Below, in pieces: positions 36,154 to 45,656 of a stretch of 64,000 bases of DNA. Position 1 is the stretch's first letter. Every line of letters begins with the position of its first letter. A model generated the notes under the pieces. It was given only the letters and a program-made list of their open reading frames with translations, searched no databases and was not told the origin of the DNA. The stretch is from Spirochaetales bacterium (GTDB taxonomy: Bacteria > Spirochaetota > Spirochaetia > JABEVK01). Both the position numbers and the translations under genes were made by a program. The stretch is from positions 64,001-128,000 of the forward strand of contig JBAXAI010000006.1 in assembly GCA_037142615.1 (NCBI GenBank), read 5' to 3'.

Positions 36154-37326
36154 ATGGCTTTCGGCACGGTGATCGAACAGCGCAAGACCGCTAAACGCAA
36201 CCACGTGATCGGTCTTTTCCGCGAAAAGACGCACCTGTCGAAAGCCGAGGTGCGCCAGCTGTCGGGGTACTCGATGGAAACCCTGATCGGGATTTTCCGC
36301 AACCTGGAAGACAGCGGGCTGCTTTGCCCCAGCGAGGTGGCCGCGGCGCGCCTCAAGGGTCGCCCATCCGAGCGTTACCGGCTCAACCCGCTGGTCGGGC
36401 TGTACCTCGGGGTCACATTTACCAGCGCGCGTCTGCACCTGATGCTGGTCAACCTTTCGCTGGAACGGCTGAGCTTCCGGTCGGTCGACGTTCCCGATGG
36501 CGCGGCACAGGACGAGTTCGAGCGGTTCTTTACCGCCGAACTGGCGCGCTTCGCGGCCGACAACCAACACCATTTGCCGGCCATCCGCAAGATCGCGTTG
36601 GCCCTTCCCGGCCAGGTGGACCCGGCAACCGGCGTGCTGAGGCACTACGGCCTGATGCCCTCCTGGCGGAACCTGGACCTGGCGTCGGTGGTGACCCGCG
36701 TGTTCGGCGCCGTGCCGCTGGTGGTACGCCACAATATCGCCGGGTACGCGCGCGAGGTGCTTTCCACCCCGGCTTTGCGCGATTTCGACGGCCGCATCCT
36801 GTACGTGACCGCGCGCTCGGGCACCGCGCATGCCCTCCTGCAACAGGGAAAAATCGTGCTCGACAACGGCGAAATGGGGCACCTGCACGTCAGTCAGTCC
36901 AACCTGGTGTGCGAATGTGGGCGCACCGGCTGCCTCGACACCATTTTTTCGCTCAAGGCCATCGGCAAACTGCTGCCCGGACAGACGCTGGGCGACTTTG
37001 GCCACCACCTGCGCAACCTGGCCGTGGCAGCTCAAGCCGAAGCGCTGGCGCCCCTGGAGACGGCCTACCAGGCCTTTTCGGAAGCCCTGCTCGACCTCTG
37101 TGCTGCCACCTCGCCCGACCTGGTGGTGCTGTCGGGCGAGCTGCTGGCCGTGCTGCCCGAACCCGTGGCGTGGATCGAACGGTGGCTGGGCCAGCTGTAC
37201 AACCCTGCCCAGCCGCCGGTCTGGCTGCCCGAGGACTTTCTGTACCTTCCTTCGGGGACCGAAGCCGCGGCGTTGGGCCTCTGCAGCGCGCTCATGGACG
37301 AGGATCTGCAGGGCGGGACATTTTAA
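36154..37326 (+). CDS. ROK family transcriptional regulator
   Basis: N-terminal HTH ending KGRP, GEMGH, CECGRTGCL. AAGGAG RBS. Confidence 0.87.
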   Translation: MAFGTVIEQRKTAKRNHVIGLFREKTHLSKAEVRQLSGYSMETLIGIFRNLEDSGLLCPSEVAAARLKGRPSERYRLNPLVGLYLGVTFTSARLHLMLVNLSLERLSFRSVDVPDGAAQDEFERFFTAELARFAADNQHHLPAIRKIALALPGQVDPATGVLRHYGLMPSWRNLDLASVVTRVFGAVPLVVRHNIAGYAREVLSTPALRDFDGRILYVTARSGTAHALLQQGKIVLDNGEMGHLHVSQSNLVCECGRTGCLDTIFSLKAIGKLLPGQTLGDFGHHLRNLAVAAQAEALAPLETAYQAFSEALLDLCAATSPDLVVLSGELLAVLPEPVAWIERWLGQLYNPAQPPVWLPEDFLYLPSGTEAAALGLCSALMDEDLQGGTF

Positions 37327-37351
37327 TCGTTGTCGATTTTAACCCTTGACA
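37321..37351 (+). promoter_or_regulatory. Operator plus -35 box upstream of the DUF4867 gene
   Basis: TTTTAATCGTTGTCGATTTTAA pseudo-palindrome followed 3 bp later by TTGACA. Confidence 0.6.
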
Positions 37352-37381
37352 GCCGTGTTGGAACGGGTTGAAGATGCCCGC

Positions 37382-38029
37382 ATGAAATATTTTTCTTGTG
37401 AGGACGAGGCCTTCCGGCCCTACGGCCGAGTGCTCTCCGGGTTACCGACCAGCGGTCTGGTCGATTGGATGCAGGCCCAGGTCAAGATTGCCGAGGGCAC
37501 CCAGTACCAGCGGAGCGTCGGTGCCCTCGAGGACCTGCCAGGCCCCGAGCAACTGACCTGGAAGCAGTGGGCGTCGAAGGTGTTTTACGGCTCGTTCCCC
37601 GCGCAGGTGGGCTGGGTGGCCGGGCACAGCCGCAAACTCAACGCGCTGGAGTACCACAAAGCCAGCGAGATCACCGTGGCCACCACCGACCTGGTGCTGT
37701 TCCTGGGGCGCCTGCAGGACCTCCGCGACCACCGCACCTATGATTCCAGCCTTTTGGAAGGGTTCCGCGTTCCGGCAGGTACCGCAATTGAGATTTATTC
37801 GACCACGCTGCACTTTGCGCCCGCCACCCTGAGCCCCGCGGGGTTTCAGGCGGTGATCATCCTTCCCCTGGGGACCAACGCCCCGCTCGAAAAGGTGAAC
37901 ACCCAGGCCGCCGGCGAGGAAGCCCTGCTGTGGATGGCCAACAAGTGGCTTATCGCTTGTCAGGACTCGATTCCCGCCAAGCGCGGGGCCAAGGTGGGTA
38001 TCTCGTCCAACCTCGAATTGCCCGGCTGA
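37382..38029 (+). CDS. DUF4867 family cupin-like protein (SftX/SqvB-like, sulfoglycolysis-associated)
   Basis: FRPYGRVL, LNALEYHKASEI, EIYSTTLHFAP, LPLGTN, NKWLIA. Confidence 0.85.
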   Translation: MKYFSCEDEAFRPYGRVLSGLPTSGLVDWMQAQVKIAEGTQYQRSVGALEDLPGPEQLTWKQWASKVFYGSFPAQVGWVAGHSRKLNALEYHKASEITVATTDLVLFLGRLQDLRDHRTYDSSLLEGFRVPAGTAIEIYSTTLHFAPATLSPAGFQAVIILPLGTNAPLEKVNTQAAGEEALLWMANKWLIACQDSIPAKRGAKVGISSNLELPG

Positions 38030-39150
38030 TCGGCCGGCAGGTCCAAAAAGAACGCTCGCACCGCGATGGCGGCCCCTCCTAAATAGGGAGCGGCCTCGTC
38101 GAGCGCCGAATGGCGGATCACCGCGGCGGCCTGCGGGTTGGCGGTGAGTTCCACCAATTGGTCGACCAGCAGACCCAGGACCAGCGGGTGGTTGAGAAAG
38201 CTGCCGTAAAGCACCACCCAGTAGGGGTCGAGCAGCTGGATGGCGTGGTCGATGGCCAGCGCCAAATGCCCCAGCGTCGTCTGGACCAGCTCCTTCACCC
38301 GGGCATCCCCGTCGGCCAGCGCCTGCAGGATCAACGCCGGTGACGCCAGCCCCGTAGCGGCCACCAACGCGGCGGGTGAGGCCAAGGTCTCCAGGCACCC
38401 GGTGCGGCCGCAGCGGCAGACCAGCTTGTTGCCCGGCACCAGCGTGTGACCGATCTCGCCCGAGCGGTCGTGCGACCCGGTGTCGATGCGGTGCTCCAGA
38501 ATCAACGCCGAACCGATGCCCGGTCCGTACTTGAGGAACAGCTGGCGGCCGTCGCCGGGGTTGCCGCCAAAGTCCATTTCGGCCAAGGCCAACGCGCGCA
38601 CGTTATTTTCCAGGCACACGGGCACACCCAATGCGGCTTCCAGAAGCGCCACCACCGGCACGGGCTGGTCCCACAGGCCGTAGTCGTGCAAGGTGCGCCC
38701 CGTTTGCCGGTCCACGCTTCCCACCACCACCACCCCGACCCCCACAAGCTGTGCCACCGCGAGGTTGTGCGAGGCCGCCAGTTGCAGCAGTGAGGTGGCG
38801 ACCCGCGCCAGGATTTGCTCCGGGGTTTCTCCGTCCAGCGGTGGCAGGCGGCTGGAAGCCAGCGGCACCCCATCGAGGCGGCACAGCGCCGTAGTGAGTC
38901 CCTCGGTCTCGATGGACGCGGCCCCGACAAAAGATCGACTGTAGTCGAGGTCGACGAGAATCTTGCGGCGGCCGGCGCGGTTTTCGACCTCCTCGCCGCG
39001 TTCAACCAGCAGGCCGGCGTCGAGCATCTTGGCCGTCAGAATGGTCACCGCCGCCGGGGTGAGCCCAATGCGCGCCGCGATGTCTTTGCGCGACAAGGGG
39101 CCGCTCTTGCGCAGCACCCGCAGCACGGCGATCTGACTCAGTAGTCGCAG
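37960..39150 (-). CDS. ROK family transcriptional regulator (start uncertain, 39126-39231)
   Basis: GPLSRKDIAARIGLTPAAVT HTH, AGRR, ENNVRALALAE, GEIGH, CRCGRTGCLE. Confidence 0.88.
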   Translation of the reverse strand: MRLLSQIAVLRVLRKSGPLSRKDIAARIGLTPAAVTILTAKMLDAGLLVERGEEVENRAGRRKILVDLDYSRSFVGAASIETEGLTTALCRLDGVPLASSRLPPLDGETPEQILARVATSLLQLAASHNLAVAQLVGVGVVVVGSVDRQTGRTLHDYGLWDQPVPVVALLEAALGVPVCLENNVRALALAEMDFGGNPGDGRQLFLKYGPGIGSALILEHRIDTGSHDRSGEIGHTLVPGNKLVCRCGRTGCLETLASPAALVAATGLASPALILQALADGDARVKELVQTTLGHLALAIDHAIQLLDPYWVVLYGSFLNHPLVLGLLVDQLVELTANPQAAAVIRHSALDEAAPYLGGAAIAVRAFFLDLPADQPGNSRLDEIPTLAPRLAGIES

Positions 39151-40478
39151 ACTTCCATCCCCAACAGCGAACCCAGCACGCGCAGCTCGGCCACCACGTC
39201 GTCGTAGATCACCACGAAGTGCGGTTCCCAACCGTCCTTGACGGCCTTGGTGATCAACTGCTCGGCGTTCATGCGCGGCTGGAACACCAGCGAGGTGCCG
39301 CTGAACTGCTGCGGCGCGTCGAGCACGCTGCCCGGCGACACCAGAAACCGGAAGCTGCCGTCGGGTTTGCGGCCCACGCGGAACACCGTGGCCTTTTCGG
39401 CAGGCTTGCAGCCAAACTCCATCGTCGGTCCGATTTTACGGTTGGGGTGCACGCCCATGGCAGCGCCGCTGTCGGCGCGCGCCAGCGAGCATGCCGCCGT
39501 TCCGCAGTGCCAAAACGTCACGGTGTTGGCGGCTTCGTCGAGCGAGACGGGGTCGCCGAAAAACACCGCGGCGTGCGACAGCTCGATGCCGATGTACATC
39601 GAAATGGCGCCGTACAGGTCGGCTTCGCAGGCCGCCGCCACGAGGTTGTCGTTGAGCATGCCCAGCACGCCGCACACCGGCGTTCCATAGTCGACGAAGT
39701 AGTCGGGCCAGCAACGTGAGGCCAGGGCTTGCACATTCTTGGACACGACAAAGTCCTTGTAGGCCTTGTACAGGCGCACGTAGGCCTCGACGTTTTCGGC
39801 GGGCAGTTTGTCCAGGCCGACCATTTTGGCGCGGGACTCTTCCCACTCGACGGTCAGGTCGGCGGCGGCGTAGCTTTTGGCCTTGGTCATCAGCTCGCGC
39901 GCCTCCACCGACTCGAGGTTGGCACCGAAGGCGCGCACCACATCGGCGTCGAGCGCGCGGCCAAAGCCGAAACCCTGCGGCGTGTGCCCGATCGAAGCCA
40001 CGGTGAGCCCGCGCAGCTGCTTTTTGACGCGGGCGGCACCGATCACGGCCTTGAGGGTGTTGCGCACCTTGTCTTCGCCCGGTCCGCCAAACACGTACTC
40101 GAAGTTGGGGCGGTCCAGGTGGTGCATCAGGTTACCGGCCGAAAACGCCCCGGTGAGCGAGTTCAGCCGCAACCGGCCGCCGTCGATCACCGGTTCTCGC
40201 AACGTCCACAACACCAGCGGGCAGGCGCAGCTTTTCACCACCTCGGTGGCGAAGGCCGAGTTGGCGAAGGTGTTGTTTTGCAGCACCACCAGGTCGGCGT
40301 TCAGCGTGTCGAGGTAGGCCTTGAGGTCGTCGAGCTTGAGCAAGGGACCAGCGGGAACCACGCAGTCGGGGCTCAGCGACTTGAGCAGTTCCACCGAGCG
40401 GTGAAACTGCTCGTGGGCGCTCTCCATGTGAAACGTGGGCACCCCGATGGGCACGTAAGCGAGCTGAAAGGGTTTCAT
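39138..40478 (-). CDS. sqvD: L-fucose/L-arabinose isomerase family protein (SQ isomerase SqvD/SftI-type)
   Basis: PIGVPTF, GRLRLNSLTG, RCWPDYF, CEADLYGA, FWHCG, GWEPHFV. Cotranscribed with the SF transaldolase. Confidence 0.8.
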   Translation of the reverse strand: MKPFQLAYVPIGVPTFHMESAHEQFHRSVELLKSLSPDCVVPAGPLLKLDDLKAYLDTLNADLVVLQNNTFANSAFATEVVKSCACPLVLWTLREPVIDGGRLRLNSLTGAFSAGNLMHHLDRPNFEYVFGGPGEDKVRNTLKAVIGAARVKKQLRGLTVASIGHTPQGFGFGRALDADVVRAFGANLESVEARELMTKAKSYAAADLTVEWEESRAKMVGLDKLPAENVEAYVRLYKAYKDFVVSKNVQALASRCWPDYFVDYGTPVCGVLGMLNDNLVAAACEADLYGAISMYIGIELSHAAVFFGDPVSLDEAANTVTFWHCGTAACSLARADSGAAMGVHPNRKIGPTMEFGCKPAEKATVFRVGRKPDGSFRFLVSPGSVLDAPQQFSGTSLVFQPRMNAEQLITKAVKDGWEPHFVVIYDDVVAELRVLGSLLGMEVCDY

Positions 40479-40488
40479 AGGGGTCTCC

Positions 40489-41565
40489 TTAACCGACCAG
40501 GTATTTTCGCAGAATCAGCACGAGTTTGTCGTACCCGGCGTAAAAACCGCGCAGCGTGGCCAAGGTGGCCCCGTAGGTATCAAACTCGGGGATGGTCAGG
40601 CCGTCGGGCTCGTACGCCTGCCGGAACTCGGGGAACTTGTCGAGCAGCGCGGCCAAAAGCGCGGGCGGGACTTCGTCGTTCATCGTGGGCACAATGGCGA
40701 TGTCGGACGCGTTGTAGTTCAGCTGCCACTGGTAGGGAATCGTGTGCAGCATGTCGCCGCCGATGAGTTGGGCCAAGTGGTGGCGGTTGCGGTACGCCGC
40801 ACCCAGCAGTTTGGTGGTAAACCGGCGTTCCTGGTAAATTCCGTAGGCGCGTTTGATCACCGCCACGCCGCACCAGTCGAGCGCGGCCGGGTCGATCACC
40901 GTGCCTTTTTTGGCCGCGACGTCCTTGAGGTAGTCGTCGGTGCGGCCGCCCATGATAGTGCACACCGGGTTGATTCCCGCGGTGGTGAGGCCTTCGCTCT
41001 TGCGGCGCGCCAACCCGCGCTCCACCGCTTCGGCGACAGAGAGAGCCTGGGCCACCGTGAAACTCACCGTGGCGTTGATGCTGAAGCCGCGGTAGGTGAC
41101 TTCCTCGATGGCTGCGATGCCGGCGCTGGTGGCGGGCAGCTTGATCTGGATATTGGGGGCGAGCGTGCCAAAGTGCAGCGCCTGTTCCACCATCAGCGCG
41201 GTGCTGCGATGGAACTTGGTGTTCGTCTGGATCGAGATGCGTCCGTAGCCCTTGGCCGGGTCAAAAATCGGGAGCAGGGTGCGGGCCCCGTCGACGGCCA
41301 GGTGCTCAATCATCTTCCACGCCAGCTCGTCCTCGGTGGCGTGCGGAAACGCCTTCACCAGCTCGCGGATCACCGGGTCGTACTTGGGCAGTTCCTTTTC
41401 GAGCACCGCCTGCACGATCAGCGGGTTGGTGGTGGCACCCACCGCGCCGTTTTCGAGGGCGTACGCCAGCTCGGTTTGTGAACAGGAATCCAGCCAGTAT
41501 TGCGTGGGCGTGGTGGCCGCCATCTCATGGAGCTTGCTGCGATACGTCATGGTGCCCGGTTTCAC
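40489..41565 (-). CDS. Transaldolase family protein, long form
   Basis: WLDS, GATTNP, IKLPAT (Schiff-base Lys), INATVSF. Confidence 0.88.
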   Translation of the reverse strand: MKPGTMTYRSKLHEMAATTPTQYWLDSCSQTELAYALENGAVGATTNPLIVQAVLEKELPKYDPVIRELVKAFPHATEDELAWKMIEHLAVDGARTLLPIFDPAKGYGRISIQTNTKFHRSTALMVEQALHFGTLAPNIQIKLPATSAGIAAIEEVTYRGFSINATVSFTVAQALSVAEAVERGLARRKSEGLTTAGINPVCTIMGGRTDDYLKDVAAKKGTVIDPAALDWCGVAVIKRAYGIYQERRFTTKLLGAAYRNRHHLAQLIGGDMLHTIPYQWQLNYNASDIAIVPTMNDEVPPALLAALLDKFPEFRQAYEPDGLTIPEFDTYGATLATLRGFYAGYDKLVLILRKYLVG

Positions 41566-42245
41566 GGTGCCACCTTGGTCTCGTCCCAGGCTTTGCGGAA
41601 CACCCCCAACCCATGATCGGTGAACGGATGGTGCATCGCGTCCTGGTACACCTGCAGGCCGCAGGTGACGATGTCGGCTCCGGCGATGGCCGCTTCGGCG
41701 ATCTGGCGTCCGTTGCGCAACGCCGCGACGATGATTTCGGTTTTGAAATGGTAGTTACGGTACATGGTGACGATGTCGCGCACGTAGTCGAGCCCCTCAT
41801 CACCGCTGTTTTCCTTCCAGCCCACGAAGGGCGACACAAACAGCGCGCCGATCTTAGCGATGGGCAAGGCCTGCGACGGCGAAAAGACAAGCGTGACGTT
41901 GGTGCGGATGCCCTCTTTTTCCAGTTGGCGGGCGGCGATGATGCCTTGTTCGGTGCAGGGAATCTTGATCACAAAATGGGGCGACAGGGCGGCGATCTTG
42001 CGGCCTTCGGGAACCATTTCGGCGGCCTTTTCGAGGTGCGGGTTGATCTCGACCGAGATGGGAAACTGCTTCAGACCGTCGAGCTTGAGCGAGGCCGCCC
42101 AGTCGCCCAGCTCACGGATTACCGTCAGGAACGGCTTGCCGCTGGCCTGAATGTGGCGGGGGTTGGTCGTCACGCCGTCGATTCCCCAACTCTCGTAGGC
42201 ATACCGGATCTCTTCAATTTTGGCGCTGTCGAGAAAATACTTCAT
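41562..42245 (-). CDS. sqvA: 6-deoxy-6-sulfofructose transaldolase (SqvA/SftT-type)
   Basis: MKYFLDSA, GVTTNPRH, FPISVEINPHL, SPFVGWKENSG, AALRNG; closely matches Bacillus SqvA as recalled, including the TNPR and GWK features absent from housekeeping TalC/FSA. Confidence 0.85.
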   Translation of the reverse strand: MKYFLDSAKIEEIRYAYESWGIDGVTTNPRHIQASGKPFLTVIRELGDWAASLKLDGLKQFPISVEINPHLEKAAEMVPEGRKIAALSPHFVIKIPCTEQGIIAARQLEKEGIRTNVTLVFSPSQALPIAKIGALFVSPFVGWKENSGDEGLDYVRDIVTMYRNYHFKTEIIVAALRNGRQIAEAAIAGADIVTCGLQVYQDAMHHPFTDHGLGVFRKAWDETKVAP

Positions 42246-42259
42246 CGGGCCCTCCAGGG

Positions 42260-42313
42260 TATTTGATTAAATCATTTAATCAAATAATAGAGGGGCCTCG
42301 AAGGTTCTGTCAA
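42260..42313 (-). promoter_or_regulatory. Promoter of the transaldolase operon with a perfect palindromic operator
   Basis: TATTTGATTAAA-TCA-TTTAATCAAATA (42260-42286) overlaps the -10 of TTGACA-18-TATTAT. Confidence 0.8.
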
Positions 42314-42406
42314 GAAGATAACTGCGTGAGAGGTCCCTCAGACTCCTGAGGTCCGTTCTCACAAGCGCGTCTTTCTGCTATATTCGACTCCCCAGTGAGA
42401 ACCCAT

Positions 42407-43588
42407 ATGAAACAAAATGATTCCAGCCCCGCAGCGGAAGACTTCACCAGCCTGTACGAGAAGAGCTTCCTAGGCATGACCAAACTCCAACCCGGCCAAC
42501 TGGTCGAGACCCAGGTTCTGTCGATTTCCAAGGACACCATCTTCTTGCAACTGAACGGCAAGAGCGAAGGCGTGCTACCCCGCGAAGAACTGACCGACAA
42601 GCAAGGTGAGTTGACCGTCAAGATCGGCGACGCGCTCAAGGTGTACTTTCTGAAGGCCGACAACGGCGAAATGTTGTTCACCACGCGCCTGACCGGCGAA
42701 ACGGCGGGCCCCGACCTGCTCGAAAAGGCCTACCACGAAAAGATTCCCGTGGAAGGCGTGGTCGAAAAAGAAATCAAGGGCGGCTTTGAAGTCAAAATCG
42801 GCGACACGCGGGCCTTTTGCCCCTACTCGCAAATGGGCGACAAGCGCTCCGACAACGCCGCCGAATACGTGGGCAAACGCCTGACTTTCCGCATCCAGGA
42901 ATACAAAGAAAAGGGCCGCAATATTCTGGTGTCGAACCGGGTCTTCCACGAAGAGGCCCGCCAAGACCAACTCGCTTCGCTGAAGACCACCCTCAAAGAG
43001 GGCCAGATCATCAAGGGCGCCATCCAGTCCGTGCAGGACTTCGGCGCGTTTATCGACTTGGGTGGCGTTCAAGCCCTGTTGCCCGTTTCCGAAATCGGCC
43101 GTGCACGCGTCGATGACATCCGCGCCGTCTTGTCGGTCGGTCAGGAGATCGAGGCTTCCATCCTCAAAATCGACTGGCACAACGAAAGGATCACGCTGAG
43201 CATGAAGAGCCTGGCGGCTGACCCGTGGGAAAAAGCGGTGGAAAAGTACCCTGCGGGGTCAAAACACGCCGGGCGAGTGGCCCGTGTGACCGACTTTGGC
43301 GCCTTTGTCTCGCTCGAACCCGGCCTCGATGGCTTGGTACACATTTCGGAGTTTCGAACCGAAGGCAAGTACGGCCGCGAGGGTCAACTGTCTGGCAAGA
43401 GCGATATCCCGGTCAAGGTAGGGCAAACTCTTTCCGTGCAAGTGCTTACGGTGGATCGCGCTAACCGGCGGATTTCACTCAAGCAGGCCACCAGCCGCGA
43501 AGAGGACGAAACCTCGGCCAAGTACCTGGGGAACGCGGGCGACAGCGACACCTACAATCCCTTCGCCAACCTGCTGAAAAAAAAGTAG
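42407..43588 (+). CDS. S1 RNA-binding domain protein (bS1-like, four S1 repeats)
   Basis: KSEGVLP, IKGGFEV..RAFCPYSQM, DFGAFIDLGG, DFGAFVSLEPGLDGLVHISE, NPFA tail. Confidence 0.9.
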   Translation: MKQNDSSPAAEDFTSLYEKSFLGMTKLQPGQLVETQVLSISKDTIFLQLNGKSEGVLPREELTDKQGELTVKIGDALKVYFLKADNGEMLFTTRLTGETAGPDLLEKAYHEKIPVEGVVEKEIKGGFEVKIGDTRAFCPYSQMGDKRSDNAAEYVGKRLTFRIQEYKEKGRNILVSNRVFHEEARQDQLASLKTTLKEGQIIKGAIQSVQDFGAFIDLGGVQALLPVSEIGRARVDDIRAVLSVGQEIEASILKIDWHNERITLSMKSLAADPWEKAVEKYPAGSKHAGRVARVTDFGAFVSLEPGLDGLVHISEFRTEGKYGREGQLSGKSDIPVKVGQTLSVQVLTVDRANRRISLKQATSREEDETSAKYLGNAGDSDTYNPFANLLKKK

Positions 43589-43658
43589 CTCGGCACCTCC
43601 GGTAACCTTCTCTTGAAATTGGCACGCTTTGGGCCAATGCTGGAGTGGGAGACCGCCG

Positions 43659-45368
43659 GTGAGTCGTTTACGCTTTCAAGACCTTTCTCTTTCCACGAAA
43701 ATCATGAGCCTCAGCTTGCTGTGGGCTGCGGCGCTGGCGCTGCTCGCGCTGTCGTTGCTGGTGCCTACGCTGCGAAGCCTGTTGCTCGACGAGAAAAAGG
43801 CCCAGCTGCGCAGTGTCACCGAGGTGATTTCTCACATTGTCGCGGAATATCGGGACATGGCCGCCAAGGAACAGATGGACGTCGAGTCGGCCCAGCGGGC
43901 CGCGATTGACCGTATCCGCTCGAGCCGGTACGCCGCGGGCGTGGGGTACTTTTTCGTTACCGACATCGGCAAGCCCTTCCCTTCCATGATCCTGCATCCC
44001 ATCACGCCCGCCCTTGAGCATCAAGTTCTCAGCGATCCGAAGTACAACACCGCTGGCGGCCAGAATGTGTTCCAGAAGTTTGTTCAGGTCGCCCTCGCTG
44101 ACGACCAAGGGTTCGTCGAGTACCTGTGGCCCAAACCGACGGCAAACGGTCTCAGCTCGCAGCAACCCAAGCTTTCGTACGTGCAGTTGATCAAGGATTG
44201 GAACTGGGTACTTGGCACGGGAGTGTACATCGACGAGCTCGATTCCCAGCTTGGACAGGTCACCGGCGCCATCTTCGTGGCCCTCGGCGCGCTCTGCATC
44301 GCCCTCTTGCTCTTGTCGTTTGGCATTGGCCGCGGGCTGGGTAAACGGTTGCGCGTCGTGGTGTTCGAAGCCGACCAGATCGGCCTGGGCGTACTAGGCA
44401 GCGCCCGCGCCCACGATGGCGCCCGCGACGAGGTCGGGCAGCTTTCCGCCAGTTTTGAGCGCATGGCCGAACAACTTCGAACCAAAGAAGCCTATCTGGA
44501 GACCCTCGCGTCGAAAGACCTTTCGGTGGACGCACCGCTTTCCTCACCAGACGACCGGCTTGGCCTGGCGTTGACCACGCTGACCGAAAGCTTCCGTGAG
44601 CTGTTCGTTTCGTTCGTGGAGGCCTCAGACCGCGTAAATGTCGAGGCCGACCAGCTTTCCGTTTCGTCTTCCACACTCTCGAAGCAGGCCGCCGACCAAT
44701 CGTCGTCACTGGAGGAGATGGGGGCTGCCGTTGAGTCGTTGACTCAGCAATCGCGGCGGACCTCGCACGATTCGCTCGAGGTGACCCGCTTGACCGCCGA
44801 GAACGCGCAGAGTGCCTCCCGGGGGCAGGAAGCTCTTGAACGCTTGGTGGGAGCGATCCGTGCCGTGAACGTGTCGGCTCAAAAAATCTCACAGATTAAC
44901 AAGCTGGTTGACGACATTGCCTTTCAGACCAACCTGCTGGCGCTCAACGCCAACGTCGAGGCTGCCCGAGCGGGCAAATACGGTCGCGGGTTCTCGGTCG
45001 TGGCGCAGGAAGTCCGCAGTTTGGCCAACCGCACGGCGGTATCGGCGCAAGAAAGTTCCGAAGTGATCGGCGGAACGCTGGCTAGCCTTGGTGAAATCAG
45101 CACCCTGGCACAGGCCGCCACCTCCGCCCTGGGAGATATTCACAGTGGCGTCGAGGCCGTGCGGGCCTTGGCCGCCGGGGTGTCGTCGGCGAGCCAGAAC
45201 CAGTCCACCAGTTTGGAACAGGTTTCCGAGGCTCTGGCGCAGATTGAGCGGACGACCCTGGGCCTCACCAACAACTCGCAGGAGGGAGAGGTGGCCTCGG
45301 CCGAGCTCAACGCCCAAGCCCGCCACTTGCAGCATTTGATCCGGCAATTCCAGTTGCCAGACCGTTAG
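43659..45368 (+). CDS. Methyl-accepting chemotaxis protein (Cache sensor, HAMP)
   Basis: Two TMs, [51 protein letters not shown]. Confidence 0.95.
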   Translation: MSRLRFQDLSLSTKIMSLSLLWAAALALLALSLLVPTLRSLLLDEKKAQLRSVTEVISHIVAEYRDMAAKEQMDVESAQRAAIDRIRSSRYAAGVGYFFVTDIGKPFPSMILHPITPALEHQVLSDPKYNTAGGQNVFQKFVQVALADDQGFVEYLWPKPTANGLSSQQPKLSYVQLIKDWNWVLGTGVYIDELDSQLGQVTGAIFVALGALCIALLLLSFGIGRGLGKRLRVVVFEADQIGLGVLGSARAHDGARDEVGQLSASFERMAEQLRTKEAYLETLASKDLSVDAPLSSPDDRLGLALTTLTESFRELFVSFVEASDRVNVEADQLSVSSSTLSKQAADQSSSLEEMGAAVESLTQQSRRTSHDSLEVTRLTAENAQSASRGQEALERLVGAIRAVNVSAQKISQINKLVDDIAFQTNLLALNANVEAARAGKYGRGFSVVAQEVRSLANRTAVSAQESSEVIGGTLASLGEISTLAQAATSALGDIHSGVEAVRALAAGVSSASQNQSTSLEQVSEALAQIERTTLGLTNNSQEGEVASAELNAQARHLQHLIRQFQLPDR

Positions 45369-45656
45369 GAGCCTGTCGGACTTAGGGTTTCGGATCCATT
45401 CGGAGCGAATTTCGAGGATGATTTTGGATCGGAAAGAGCCTCGAATCGAGATTCGGGGCGACTGACGGGCCGGAATCAGACCGAAAGACGCCCGAATGGA
45501 CCGAAAGACCTTTGGACGCCGGGTTTTGGACGAGCCCCTGGGGGTCGGCTGGGCCTCTTCGGTCGCACCATAACGGATTATGGCACTCGCTCAGAGGCCC
45601 AGCCGGCCCCCAGCTCCTTCGCCCAAAACCCGGCCCCTAAGTCCGACAGGCTCCTA
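45366..45656. mobile_element. MITE-like non-autonomous element (about 290 bp)
   Basis: Perfect 22-bp inverted repeat TAGGAGCCTGTCGGACTTAGGG (45366-45387) / CCCTAAGTCCGACAGGCTCCTA (45635-45656), consistent with a TA or TAG target duplication; no ORF inside. Confidence 0.8.

Noticed and set aside
37960-38029. 70-bp convergent overlap of the DUF4867 and ROK 3' ends
   Set aside because: Most simply a non-conserved C-terminal run-on of the ROK; no evidence of function.
45400-45630. Internal repeats as a mini-CRISPR or tRNA
   Set aside because: Only two 11-bp direct repeats, no spacer periodicity, no cas genes, no cloverleaf; better explained by the MITE.
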